Assembly (NCBI GenBank): GCA_905178155.1
Contig: CAJINV010000001.1
Span: 14,942,142 to 15,006,141, forward strand
Length of the DNA stretch: 64,000 bases
Direction of reading: 5' to 3'
Source: Amoebophrya sp. A120
Taxonomy: Eukaryota; Protista; Dinoflagellata
In this document: piece after piece, positions 47,340 to 57,992 of the stretch
How the letters are laid out: each line of letters opens with the position of its first letter
Position numbering within the stretch: the first letter of the stretch is position 1
The notes under the pieces: model-generated
Databases searched by the model: none
What the model saw: the letters and a program-made list of their open reading frames with translations, nothing else
What the model was told of the DNA's origin: nothing
Made by a program: the position numbers and the translations under genes

Positions 47340-50300
47340 TTACCCTGCGGTGGTATCATCGTGAAAGTTCTGTGCGAAGAATCCGCCAGACCGGAGCAGC
47401 TCCTGTGGCGTTCCGAACTCCGCCGCGCGCCCGTTTTGCATGACCAAGACTTTGTCACATCGTGTCAAAGTCGCCAGTCGGTGCGCAATGAGAAACACCG
47501 TGTGATTCCTCAAAGTCGTCCTCAGCAATGATGTGATGCGCTGGTCCGTGGCCGCGTCCAGGTTTGAGGACGGCTCGTCCAGTAACACGATCTGTGCCTC
47601 GTCTTTTCGCAAGACCATCCGCGCGAACGCGATCAGTTGTGCCTCTCCCGCCGATAAGTTTGCGCCGCCGGCCTCGATTCTTGTGTCAAGCGTGATCGTG
47701 TGGGAATCTTTTTTGGCACCAGCTTTCGTCGGAGACTGCGAAGTGGAAGTAAATACAGGAGGATTTAGATTCATTTCATCTGTTCTATTTCCAGTAGCTG
47801 TAGTCTGTAGTCCATCATCATCTTCCAAATCGACGTCGACAAACACCAAAGAGAAGGCGGTCTCAATCTCCTCGGGCAGAAACTCGTCGAAGGGATCGAG
47901 GTTTTCCCGCACCGTACCGTCCATGAGGAAAGGTTTTTGCGGCACCATGAAAAGATTCCGCCTCAAGTGGTACAGCGGGAGGTGCTTTGTGTCATACTCG
48001 CCGATCTTTATCGTCCCCGTTTCGACGTTGGCAAAGCGAAACAGCATGGCACACAAACTTGACTTCCCGGCACCGGTTGGCCCGCAAACCCCAATGTGTT
48101 CCCCCTGCGTGATCTTGAGATTAAAATCTGAAATCGCGAGCGGAAAGTTCTCCGAGTAGCGCAACGAGCAGTTCTGGAAACGGATTTTCGCAGATTTCAT
48201 CTTCTTGCCTTGCTTGATGTGTGCAGCCGCAGTGCCATCGGTGTCTTCCGCAACATGATCCAACCGTGGCAACAGCGAGGGAACATTGAGCACGTTTTTT
48301 GCAGTCTGGCTAATAGTGCTCTCCTTACTCGGTGAGCGTTGTTCGAAAGAATCTGCCGTGATTGCGACGGGTGGCCCACCGGATTGTTCGGTGTAGGAAA
48401 ATTGGTAAGATCGGCGTCTTGTCAGCTTCGAATCTGTGAGACTCGATGTTGATGTCGTACTGCTGCTTCTTGCAACTACGTTATTTCCCTTTTGAAGATG
48501 ATTCTTCGCCGCGTAGGTGAGCATGAATTTCTCGTGCTGTCTCCGAAACTCGGCCAGGGGCTCTTCTTGCGGCGTCTCTTGAAGGCGGAAAACGCGCTCG
48601 CACTGCATCAATCCCAGGGAGAGAATGAAGTAGAACTGCGCGATCAAATTGAACATGAAGGGCATGATGAAGCAGTAGCCCACAATCAACCCGATGATCG
48701 GGCGCGGGATCGATTCCCTGGCGTTGTAAAGGAACAAAACCAGCGAGGCGGCGACGATGGCAGACAGGAAGTAGCAGCACAGATTCGAGAAGATGGTGAT
48801 TTCCTGAGCGGCGTACCAGCACCGCAGGTACGTGTTCATTCGGTCGCAGTGCTTGTCCAGAAAGTATTTTTCCAGTTTCATAATCCGCGAGAGCGACGCC
48901 CCGTCGATGGCCTCACTCACGTTGGCGACCACGGGGGACAACGCGAGGGAGGCCAGCCGCTTCGTGTCCCGAATTCCGTACAACACGAGCTGGCAGAGCT
49001 TCAAGTACACCAGCGCGACGATGACAATCACGATCGAGGTAAACGGGACGACAAAAATTTGCAGTCCGAGGATCGTCACGCCCAGTCCGCAAAACTGCAT
49101 CCACACTTCGGTGATGGTGGAAAATTGCACATCTACTCCGCTCAAGTCGGTGGATAGCGGGCCGTACACCTTCCCACTACTCGCTTCGTCAAAAAAGAGG
49201 AGTGGTGCGCCGAAAACGCGGATCACAGAGAGATCGTGCAAAGCTCGCCCCGCTCGGGCAGCACCGTGGTAGTACAGCAGGCCGAAGCAGCTGGACAGAA
49301 TCGCGAACGCCAACGCACAGCCGAAGTACAGGACAAACCACGTGCTCTCAAATGTCTCCAAGTTTCGGTCGTTCCCCTTGCGGAGCCACTCCGCGAGAGC
49401 CAGTTCGCTTGAGGCCAGCACGCCGTAGGTGGTGAGCCAGGAAAAAACCATCAGCAACAAGTTGGTCGTGCCGAAAAGGAGAAAGTACTCGCGAATGTAT
49501 TTGCGCCCGGTGCCCGTATTTTTCTGTTCTTCTTTCAGGAATTTTCGCGAATACTCGTCTTTTTCAAGAACAGAAGATTGCTCTTGGCCCACCTCCTGTG
49601 TCCTTGTTTTGCTTCCCCTGGTTGTACTGTTAAGCGATGTTGCGCCGTCCAGTGACACTACGGTGCCGACGGTTTCGTCGCTCTCCTTGGACACACGACT
49701 GGTATCTCTGATCAAGCTCGGATCGAGCAAGTCTGGCAGAGAATTCTTGTTTTTCGTTCTGGCGAGTCCAAGCGTTTTAGTCACATCTGGTGCCGCGCCG
49801 TCTTCAAGTTGTTGTATGTTAGTACCGGGCACGACGTCTACTTCTTCTTGCAATTCTATGTCCGTCGGGCCCGTTGCTGTCGATGATTCGGGCAGCGCAG
49901 TTTTTAAAACTCCTTTGTCTAGTTGCAAGACAAAGTCGGTCTGGGACAGCAGCGCGGCTTGGTTGAAAGCGAGAAACACCAGCTTTCCGTCCTTGGCGTA
50001 ATGGCGCAAATTGTCAAAAATTGCAACTCCAGTCGTGTGGTCGACCGCCGCTAACGGGTCGTCTGCGACCAGAATGTCCGGGTCGCCGGCCCACGCGCGC
50101 GCCAAATTCAGCCGAGCCTGTTGCCCGCCCGAAAGCGTTACGCCGCCCTGGCCGATCTCCGTGTAGAGCGTCAGCTCCTGCTGCGGTTGGGCGGATTCGT
50201 TCTTGGTTTCGCGAGAATGAGCACTGTCATCCTTCGTGATTGGCGATACACTTGGATGCGCGGCAATCGATGTAGAAGTTCTCGTATCTTCCGTGCCCTG

Positions 50301-52597
50301 ATCTGCGAAAGAAGTCAACAGCCTTGCACGGATCAACGCCTCTTGGATTTGCGCCAATGACAAGTGTTTTCGGCCCATCCGCACATTCTCTTCGATCGTT
50401 CCGGTGACGACAAAAGCCCGCTGCGGACAGTAACCGACGTTACACGTCGAAAACTTAATTTTTCCGCTGGTTGGGCACTGCTCGCCGAGCCAGGTCAACA
50501 GCAAAACCGTCTTTCCCGAACCCACAGCGCCGACTACGCCGATCAGTTTGGATTGCGGCGGCAGGGTGACGGAAGCATCAGTCAGCGCAACAACCATCGT
50601 CGTCTCCACTCCTGATGTGCTGACCAGTGTTTCGTCTTTTTTCGCAACCGCCGATGAGGTTATCGTTTCTTTCTTTGCATCAGATGAATTTTTGTTTTGC
50701 GCGGCTAAATCCCCGGACTTTGTTGTGCTTTGCCGCTGCAACTTCACTTCCACATCGGTCATCGCGCAGGCCTCCGTCGTAGCTGTTCCTTCGTCCATTA
50801 ATTTTCTGTATTCCTCCCGCTCTGGCAGGTTCAAATACTTCTCCAAACGCTGCAACGTTTGCACAAAGACCACCATGTTCACGACATTTATGGGAATCAG
50901 GACCATGGCGCCCCGCATCCCCTGCAGCACCGCGAGCACCGGAAACACGAGCTCCACGGTCAAGGGCTCGGCTCCGTCGTGCCAGTAGAGATACGTTGTG
51001 AGGGCGAACACCGCCGCGAGGACGGGCAGACACCGGCCTAAGTTACTCCCGAGCACCTTGTACTGCTGCCACAGTTCGATGGCGCGCGTTTCTTTGTTCC
51101 GAAACTCCTGCAATTTGTGGAAATACCTACCCTTATCAAATGCAAAAATGTCTGGGTCTGGAAGAGTCGGGACTTGTCATGCACATTTTGCATGACCCGT
51201 GAGGTCTGTGATGCTGGTGCTAGCATCACAGATTTTTTGAGAGCTTCTTGATGCTGATTACGCATGAGAGATGCCCTCTCCGCGTGCCAAGAACTGACTC
51301 CTCTTGCTGCTCATGCAACACAGATATTTCTAGAATCCGCAGACAGCATTACAAGTTCCACTCTTCCAGACCCAGACATTTTTGCAATCCATAACCCTCC
51401 CAGCACGCGTATTTCACGCCCCGGATGTTCGCCAGCGCCTCCTATGGAAGCGTCAGGATTGAAATCGACAAAGTTGAAATAATTCCTCATGCAAAAATTG
51501 CAAGGCATGAAGTGCCTCTCTTGCAGGCATGGCAAGCGAGGCCGACTGCCAGCCTGTTTGGGGTCTGCGATAGAGCTGCTAAAGTAGCATGACAAAAGAC
51601 GCCTTCTGTCCCTAAACAGCATAACAAACAGGATTTAGACGGTGCCGAAATTTGTCATGCACCGCTGAGAAATGGGGCTTTTAACTGGTATCGATTTTAT
51701 GCATTACAAGTTATTTCAACTTTGACGATTTCAATCCTGACGCTTCCATACCTCCCGTAGGCACTGCAGTCTCCCGCCGGCGTGCACCACGGCCTGCGCC
51801 TCGTATTTTCGCGAGGTGATCAAACGATGGAAGGACACCCCGATGCCGCAAAGCACGAACAGGACGGTCCACACGCCGACGATGTCAAGGAGAACCATCA
51901 GGTAGGCTGACCCGACGGTCAGGGAGACGAAACTGCTCGGGATCCAGCCGAAGACAAAGCCGACGAGATTTGCCTTGCCCAAAATTTCCACAGAAATCAG
52001 CATCTGCGCATCCGCGGCTTTCGGCGCGGGCGTTGCGGCGGGTGGATCAGGTTTATTTTTGCCTTCGTTTTTGGTACCTGATGTTGCAGTTGTAGCAGCG
52101 GGAGCACTGCCAGTATGATGATCCTGCACGCGCTGCATCTTCCACACGATCAACGCAGAAAGCATGCCCTGGAGTTTCGTCCAGAATTTCGCGACCAGCA
52201 CATCGTTTCCGTGCAGCCAGCAGCATCCCTCAAAAAGGATGGGGCCGACAATCGCGAGTAGTATCAGTTCCAGTCTCGGACTCTCCGCATTCATCTCTTT
52301 CAACACAAATCGCACGGCCTCTGGTCGGGCGATCACCATCACCAATCCCTGCATCGTGCCCCAGAATAGGCCGCGAATCACCAGCCCGCGGGTCATGCGC
52401 CAAACCGTCTTCGGTAAGTTTCCCCCGCATTCCTTCAGAACCGGTAGCGTTTCCCGAAGAAGCTTTTCACTGTCTACATCCAGAAGATGGTTCACATCGG
52501 GGAAGTCGAGACTGCCCTCCTTGTAGTTCTTCCAGATCACCGGCGCGACGTCGGTCTTGAAGAGCACATCGAAAATGCGCGAACAAAAAGGAGCCAT
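47340..52597 (-). CDS. ABC transporter, ABCC/MRP-like (TMD-NBD-TMD-NBD), 3 exons
   Basis: NBD1 GAVGSGKT / LSGGQ / ILVADDPL; NBD2 GPTGAGKS / LSAGE / IVLLDEP / IAHRL. Removing two TIR introns gives CLREALANIRGVKYACWEGRYFHKLQEFRNKE, matching the ABCC TMD1 IR.IK.YAWE region. Confidence 0.93.
51134..51393. mobile_element. Introner/MITE, TIR family A, in the ABC transporter
   Basis: 260 bp; TIR TATCAAATGCAAAAATGTCTGGGTCTGGAAGAGT versus TATGGATTGCAAAAATGTCTGGGTCTGGAAGAGT; 5-bp duplication accct at 51129-51133 and 51394-51398. Confidence 0.93.
51443..51750. mobile_element. Introner/MITE, TIR family B, in the ABC transporter
   Basis: 308 bp; 40-bp TIR TATGGAAGCGTCAGGATTGAAATCG(A/T)CAAAGTTGAAATAA; 5-bp duplication cctcc at 51438-51442 and 51751-51755; compatible with a GT-AG intron 51439-51751. 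Confidence 0.93.
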
Positions 52598-53343
52598 GGC
52601 TGATTGATTTTTTGTAACAACGGGAAGTAAGGTGGGTATTTTAAGGATATGAAAACGGATCACTTGTTACACATTGGATGAGCGCGCGGGCGAATGATCG
52701 GCAAGAACTGAATTAATACTATGCCCTGAACAAGTAATTCCAACTTAGTTCATGTTAGTCCATGAGTGAAAACAGTAGAAGTCGTTTCACAAAAAATAAA
52801 TACTTAGATACGAGCCTAGTATGAAGCACGTAAAACGCTAGAATATTAAGTGGCGCATTATTTCCTTTCTTGCGATATAGCCAAAAGAGACTGCGATTGA
52901 TTTTGTTTTTTCATGGGGTACTGCGACAAAAGATTTTGACGAGGTTCAAGCACCTTCTTGACCTTCTAGACCGCCGTCACCAAATGAATTCCATATATCC
53001 GCTTCACAATTTCCTTGTTTCGCAAAACAAACACAGAAACATCACCACCGACAACTGATCTCGTACAGCATGGGAACACCTTACGACTCAATTTCGTGTC
53101 ACTCGAAGAGCGCAGTAGAAGTTTGAGCAACTTTTTCAGAATCTTTCGAAGAAATAGAAAAGACGTCCCGATTGCAAAGAACGTATGTGTCCATGCGCAA
53201 GTTACAGCTATAAGGAGAAAAGGAGTAATCGAAAAATCCTGCTCCAGAAGAAGCAAAATTCGAAAACATCACTTCCCTCCTCTACTACCATGCGGTGAAA
53301 TCGTTGTAACTACTTGACACCCCCCAGGATGAACAACCTAGTG

Positions 53344-56300
53344 CTACAGGGTAACAACTAACAGTATGACTAGACAGCAAGCGGGTAGAGTGATTAAGAA
53401 TGCAAGGGGTTTCCAGATTTCCACTAGCAAGCTCCAAAAATCAGCCAGGACCAGGAGCAAAGAAAACATGATGACCCACCAGACCGCGAGCAAAATTACT
53501 TCCGGCTTCCGCACCTGCCGTAAGAAATACTCTAGAAACGTCTTTTTTCTTCGTGATCTGTTCTGGAGCTGGTTCGCCCCCCTGCTCGTATTCGCACTGC
53601 GCGTGTTCGGAGTCACTGCGAGAGCCGGATCCCCGATGAAATTCCCCGCTGCGTCGTACAAGTGCGCCGAAAACGGGCCCGGCGCGGCTTGTCCGCGGTT
53701 TCGCAAAAACCGGGCTCGGCTCGCCCCAATGAGTAGCGGCTGGTCTTCCTGGTCTGCCTCGAAGTTGTACGCTGCATACGGAGACGAGTAGGGAGACGAC
53801 GCTTGTGGCGCTGCTGCTTGATTGCCGTAAAAACCATACTGCTGCTGTTCTTGCTGCTGTGCGTATTCTGCTCCCGATACTAAGTATTCTTGGGGGTCGT
53901 ACCCAACAACGCCACTTCTAAGAGCGGGCTGTGGCACGGACGACCTGCTTGGTTCCCCGGGTTGCGAGGGCCTTTTAGCCGCGCCAGGCTTCTGATTTTG
54001 GAACTGCTGCTGAGGGCGAAATTCTTCTGCGGGTCTTGACGGCGGGCCAGAGAGCGCCTGGGGCGGAAGCGAAGACCGCTGCGGGTCTGCTGGCTGTGAG
54101 CCTCTCTTGTCCGAAGGAAGTTTGATGTTTCCTGCGCTGCCAAGAGCGCCGACCTGCAGCTGGGGAACTGGTGGCGGGGTCCGTTGCTGCGGCGTCTGGG
54201 AGTTGTTCTGGCCCATCACAAGTGCTGGGGCCGGTGGAACATTTTTAAACGTGGTTGGAACCGCCGCGTCAGAGCCTGCTCCAGTCGTTCCAAAAACTGG
54301 ATTTATCACATCACTTTTTCCGCCCTCCACACCCGTCGGTGCCACGACACGGTTTTGCGGGAGCGGACTGCTGAGTCGCTGCGGCTCGCCCAGTTTTGGT
54401 TGCAGGAATTCGTCAATTATGGCAGTGGAAGGCGAGCGACTTTCCAAACTGCTCGATGCCTTGTTTGTTCCGCTCATCCGCTCCCCTTGCTGGTCACCTC
54501 CCCGGCTTTTCGCAGCAGACGAGCCAGCACCCAAGCGCTGCTCGAGACTGACCCCGGCGCCAAACGTGAACGACGCACTCAGCAGAGACGACTCCGGCGA
54601 GTCACTGCGCACCGACGCGTTTTCTCCGCGGCCACTCTCCTTGCTGTCGCGGACGGTCACGTAGTCGCTTGCATGTGTAACAGACGAGGACCCGCGCGCC
54701 GGGAAAGTCCGGCTCGAGTTTCTGTTCACTGGAGCTTTTGGCTCAGATTTTTCGTCTTCCTCGTCTACTTCCAGAAAATCGTCCGGAAAGAGGACAGCCT
54801 CCGCGGCAGACATCAATACTGTCGTTCTGCGCTCGAGGAGGTCCTCTTGCACAACCTCCGAAGCTGCCGAACTAGTTCCTCGTACATGCGACTCCCCGGA
54901 CGACGACGGCCCAGAGGAGCGTTGGCTCCCAACAACGTTCGAGGAACTCGTCGCCATGCCGGCGGCCTGACCAAAAGCCGGCCCGCTATCTCGCAAGTTG
55001 TCCTGCGAGTCTTCTTCCGGCGGGCCGTTCTCGAGAAGGTTCCTCGCGATCGCGGACTGACCACGAACAGGCACTAGTTCTGGCACAGACGCTATCGAGT
55101 CGGAGGCTCGCAGGCTGGGCATCGTTCCGATGGAAGATGAATTTCCCCTGTCAACTACAGCAACGTCAGCGAAAACACTTATCTCGCTGTCCCGGAGGAT
55201 ATTATCATCGCCAGCACCCTCCTCGAAACTATCCGCAGGCGGGCCCTCTTCGAGGAGGTTCTTTGTTACCAGGGATTGTCCTCGAGCACCGACGAGATCG
55301 TCCTCCACCTGGGACGACTTCGTGGAGTCTAGTCTTGCAGGCAATAAAGGCGGTGGACTTTTCCTAACATCATCCAGAAAAATACTTTCGCCCTTGCTAC
55401 TGTTCGTTCTATTGCTCGTTGAATGGTTCCTATCTTCTCGAAGAGCTGCGACAATGCTCCCTGCGCTGTCGCGCGCGTCCTCCAGTCCATTAGCTGCAGG
55501 TGGACCACCAGTAGCCAAAATGCTTTTCATAACTTCCGACTGTCCACGAAAGCCGACCGGAACGCTACTCTCCTCGTCGTTGGATTTCTCCGGATCGGAG
55601 TCGTCCTGCCGGCTCACGCGAAGCACGTCTCCGACCAGGCGAGGGGATCCCTCGGGCGCTTTCGGCGAATTCCTATGATCATCAACCGAAAGATGATTCC
55701 CCGGGCTGTCTCCTAAAGCAACTCCGCTGCCGGCTGTCGCGCGATCGGGTACAGCATTTCCGCTCGCAAGAAGCACGGGCGAAGTTAGCCGCGCACTCGA
55801 ATCCGTGGTCAGCTGCTGCACAAAAACCTTCCCGCTGGCCTGGCTCCGGGCACTGACTGCCTCGATCACCTCTTCGTCATCGTCCGTCCTGCGCACCACT
55901 GAGGTCAGCGGCATGATGCGGATCATTTGGTTCTCACTTCCCGCCGGACCAGATTGACTTGACGGGCTGCCTCTACTGAGCTCTGCGCCCTGGCTGTTCA
56001 TGTTAGGTGGAAATGAGTTTATCTGCGAAAAAGCACCACCCGTGGCCGATTGGTCAAGTTCCTGGCCCATAGCTGTGCTTCCATCTTCGACAACCATCGT
56101 GGTTCCGGGAATAAAGTATTCCCTTTGATTCTTCTGTTGCTGTCTATTTCGAGCCAGCACTTCTTCCGAGCGCGCCATCACGGTCGTGTAGCTCAGCTCG
56201 TTCGGGCGCTGGCTAACATCGTGCTCGCTGCGCGAGGATATTGTGCTCGCCGTCTCCGGTCGTGTTCTATCCAAATCAAGCTGGGACCCACTCAGTTGCG

Positions 56301-57039
56301 TTGTTGGAACAGAAAGGAGCCGTACACTGTCACCGATTGGCGTTTTCGCAAGTAGGCTATCCGTGCGATCAACTAAGTGATTCAGCATCGAAACCAGCCG
56401 CGCGTCGTCAACTGAGCTTCCGCTACTTCCGGTGCTGTTCTTCTTGTTTTCTGTTCCAACAACAAGTTCCACTTTGACTTTATCGCCCGTCCGCCTTTCA
56501 GGATCGATAATTCCTGCTCCTGGATTGCTTCCGAGCTCGAAAAACTGCTCGGCATCCTCATAAACCTCTGCACTCCCATCCTCGTCGTGATTCAGAAATT
56601 CTCGCTGCGCAGAGTCCTGCGGATCGTACTCGTCCCGCGGCGTCACCAGGCTGTAGAAGTGCGTGAGAGTCAGCGTGGGCTTGGATGGAACGGCGGACTC
56701 AACTTCCGTCTGGCTAGTGTGCGAGTTCTTGCTGCCCCCCGCGACAGGAAAACCGCCTTTGCTCCCTGGTGCAGTTGTGGGATCAGCTTCAACGATGTCC
56801 CCTTCTACCCCGTCAGCACGAGCACTCCATCGCTCCAGGTCTTCCATGGTCTCAACGCCTATACGGTCCAGCAACTGGTTGGTCGGACTGCGTACACTGT
56901 CGAGGAGCTCGTTATTTCCGAGTGGGGAACTTAGTGGCGGCGCGGCGATCTGGAACCCAGAGAAGATCCGGCGATTGCGATTGTTCGGAGGACTAGACTG
57001 ACTGAAGCTGCTGTAGTTACCGCCTCCTGGGGCGCTCAT
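53344..57039 (-). CDS. Low-complexity protein (1231 aa) with C-terminal hydrophobic hairpin; paralog of 61628-63259
   Basis: Intronless S/D/E/P-rich ORF ending RRKKTFLEYFLRQVRKPEVILLAVWWVIMFSLLLVLADFWSLLVEIWKPL...VVTL. Confidence 0.85.
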   Translation of the reverse strand: MSAPGGGNYSSFSQSSPPNNRNRRIFSGFQIAAPPLSSPLGNNELLDSVRSPTNQLLDRIGVETMEDLERWSARADGVEGDIVEADPTTAPGSKGGFPVAGGSKNSHTSQTEVESAVPSKPTLTLTHFYSLVTPRDEYDPQDSAQREFLNHDEDGSAEVYEDAEQFFELGSNPGAGIIDPERRTGDKVKVELVVGTENKKNSTGSSGSSVDDARLVSMLNHLVDRTDSLLAKTPIGDSVRLLSVPTTQLSGSQLDLDRTRPETASTISSRSEHDVSQRPNELSYTTVMARSEEVLARNRQQQKNQREYFIPGTTMVVEDGSTAMGQELDQSATGGAFSQINSFPPNMNSQGAELSRGSPSSQSGPAGSENQMIRIMPLTSVVRRTDDDEEVIEAVSARSQASGKVFVQQLTTDSSARLTSPVLLASGNAVPDRATAGSGVALGDSPGNHLSVDDHRNSPKAPEGSPRLVGDVLRVSRQDDSDPEKSNDEESSVPVGFRGQSEVMKSILATGGPPAANGLEDARDSAGSIVAALREDRNHSTSNRTNSSKGESIFLDDVRKSPPPLLPARLDSTKSSQVEDDLVGARGQSLVTKNLLEEGPPADSFEEGAGDDNILRDSEISVFADVAVVDRGNSSSIGTMPSLRASDSIASVPELVPVRGQSAIARNLLENGPPEEDSQDNLRDSGPAFGQAAGMATSSSNVVGSQRSSGPSSSGESHVRGTSSAASEVVQEDLLERRTTVLMSAAEAVLFPDDFLEVDEEDEKSEPKAPVNRNSSRTFPARGSSSVTHASDYVTVRDSKESGRGENASVRSDSPESSLLSASFTFGAGVSLEQRLGAGSSAAKSRGGDQQGERMSGTNKASSSLESRSPSTAIIDEFLQPKLGEPQRLSSPLPQNRVVAPTGVEGGKSDVINPVFGTTGAGSDAAVPTTFKNVPPAPALVMGQNNSQTPQQRTPPPVPQLQVGALGSAGNIKLPSDKRGSQPADPQRSSLPPQALSGPPSRPAEEFRPQQQFQNQKPGAAKRPSQPGEPSRSSVPQPALRSGVVGYDPQEYLVSGAEYAQQQEQQQYGFYGNQAAAPQASSPYSSPYAAYNFEADQEDQPLLIGASRARFLRNRGQAAPGPFSAHLYDAAGNFIGDPALAVTPNTRSANTSRGANQLQNRSRRKKTFLEYFLRQVRKPEVILLAVWWVIMFSLLLVLADFWSLLVEIWKPLAFLITLPACCLVILLVVTL

Positions 57040-57992
57040 CCTTTGCGCATGGTCGGGCTGCTTCTACCAGGGATGATCATGATCGGAGAAGGTACGGGTC
57101 TCGGCATGGTTGCTCATTTAGAGAGTCTGAACTTCTACTATTTTTCTATTACGCCTCGATGTTGGCATCGTTTTCTTGCGCACTGAAAGTAACAACCACG
57201 ACAAATAGGAAAATCAAGATCGAGAAACATCACGCATAATTCATTTCTACGCTACTGTCAATAAGCTCACGAAGACGATAAAGTCGAAATTCAAATCACA
57301 AAAGTGTACAGCATGGTACGTCAACATGCACTGTCCAGGGAGGAAGAAAAAATTATGATATTGACTCGAGTACTAGACAAGAGAGACGATGATCGGGAAA
57401 AACGAAGTGAATTCTGAATTTTTGGCACAGCATATGCTGCACGAGAAGTGGGACGGACTGAATATGCACGAAGACAAACACGCTTGTGCACGAGGATACG
57501 GAACGCAAACACGATATAAGCAAGAACTGAAACGACGAACTGAAGAAACGACTGACGATCCTTTCTCAAAGCACGGTGCACGATGAGTGAAAATGAAATG
57601 AATTATCTTCATGCGACCAACAAGACGAAACGCATAATCTGCATGCGTGGAGAAGAGCGAATGTAAGTAGAGTGATGAACTCGCATGATTGCTGGAACGA
57701 AAACAAAAGGAACAGTGATAAAGTTGCTGCATGTGTAGTCGCAGCAATATTAGAGGCGTCTTATTTATTGTATTATTGTGGTGTGGTCCGTACCGGCTTG
57801 AGCGTCTACTACTGTGGTGCGTCTACTACTTGTACTTATACCTGTACGTGTGCGAAGTATCCATTGGAATTAACAACCTTTGTCTCGTACTCTGCAGTTA
57901 CAACATCGAAGCTCGTACACGTCTCGCATCAACTACAAATCTGGAAAAAGCATTCATGTCCTTCGTGTTCATCGCAGTTCACTGGATCATGG

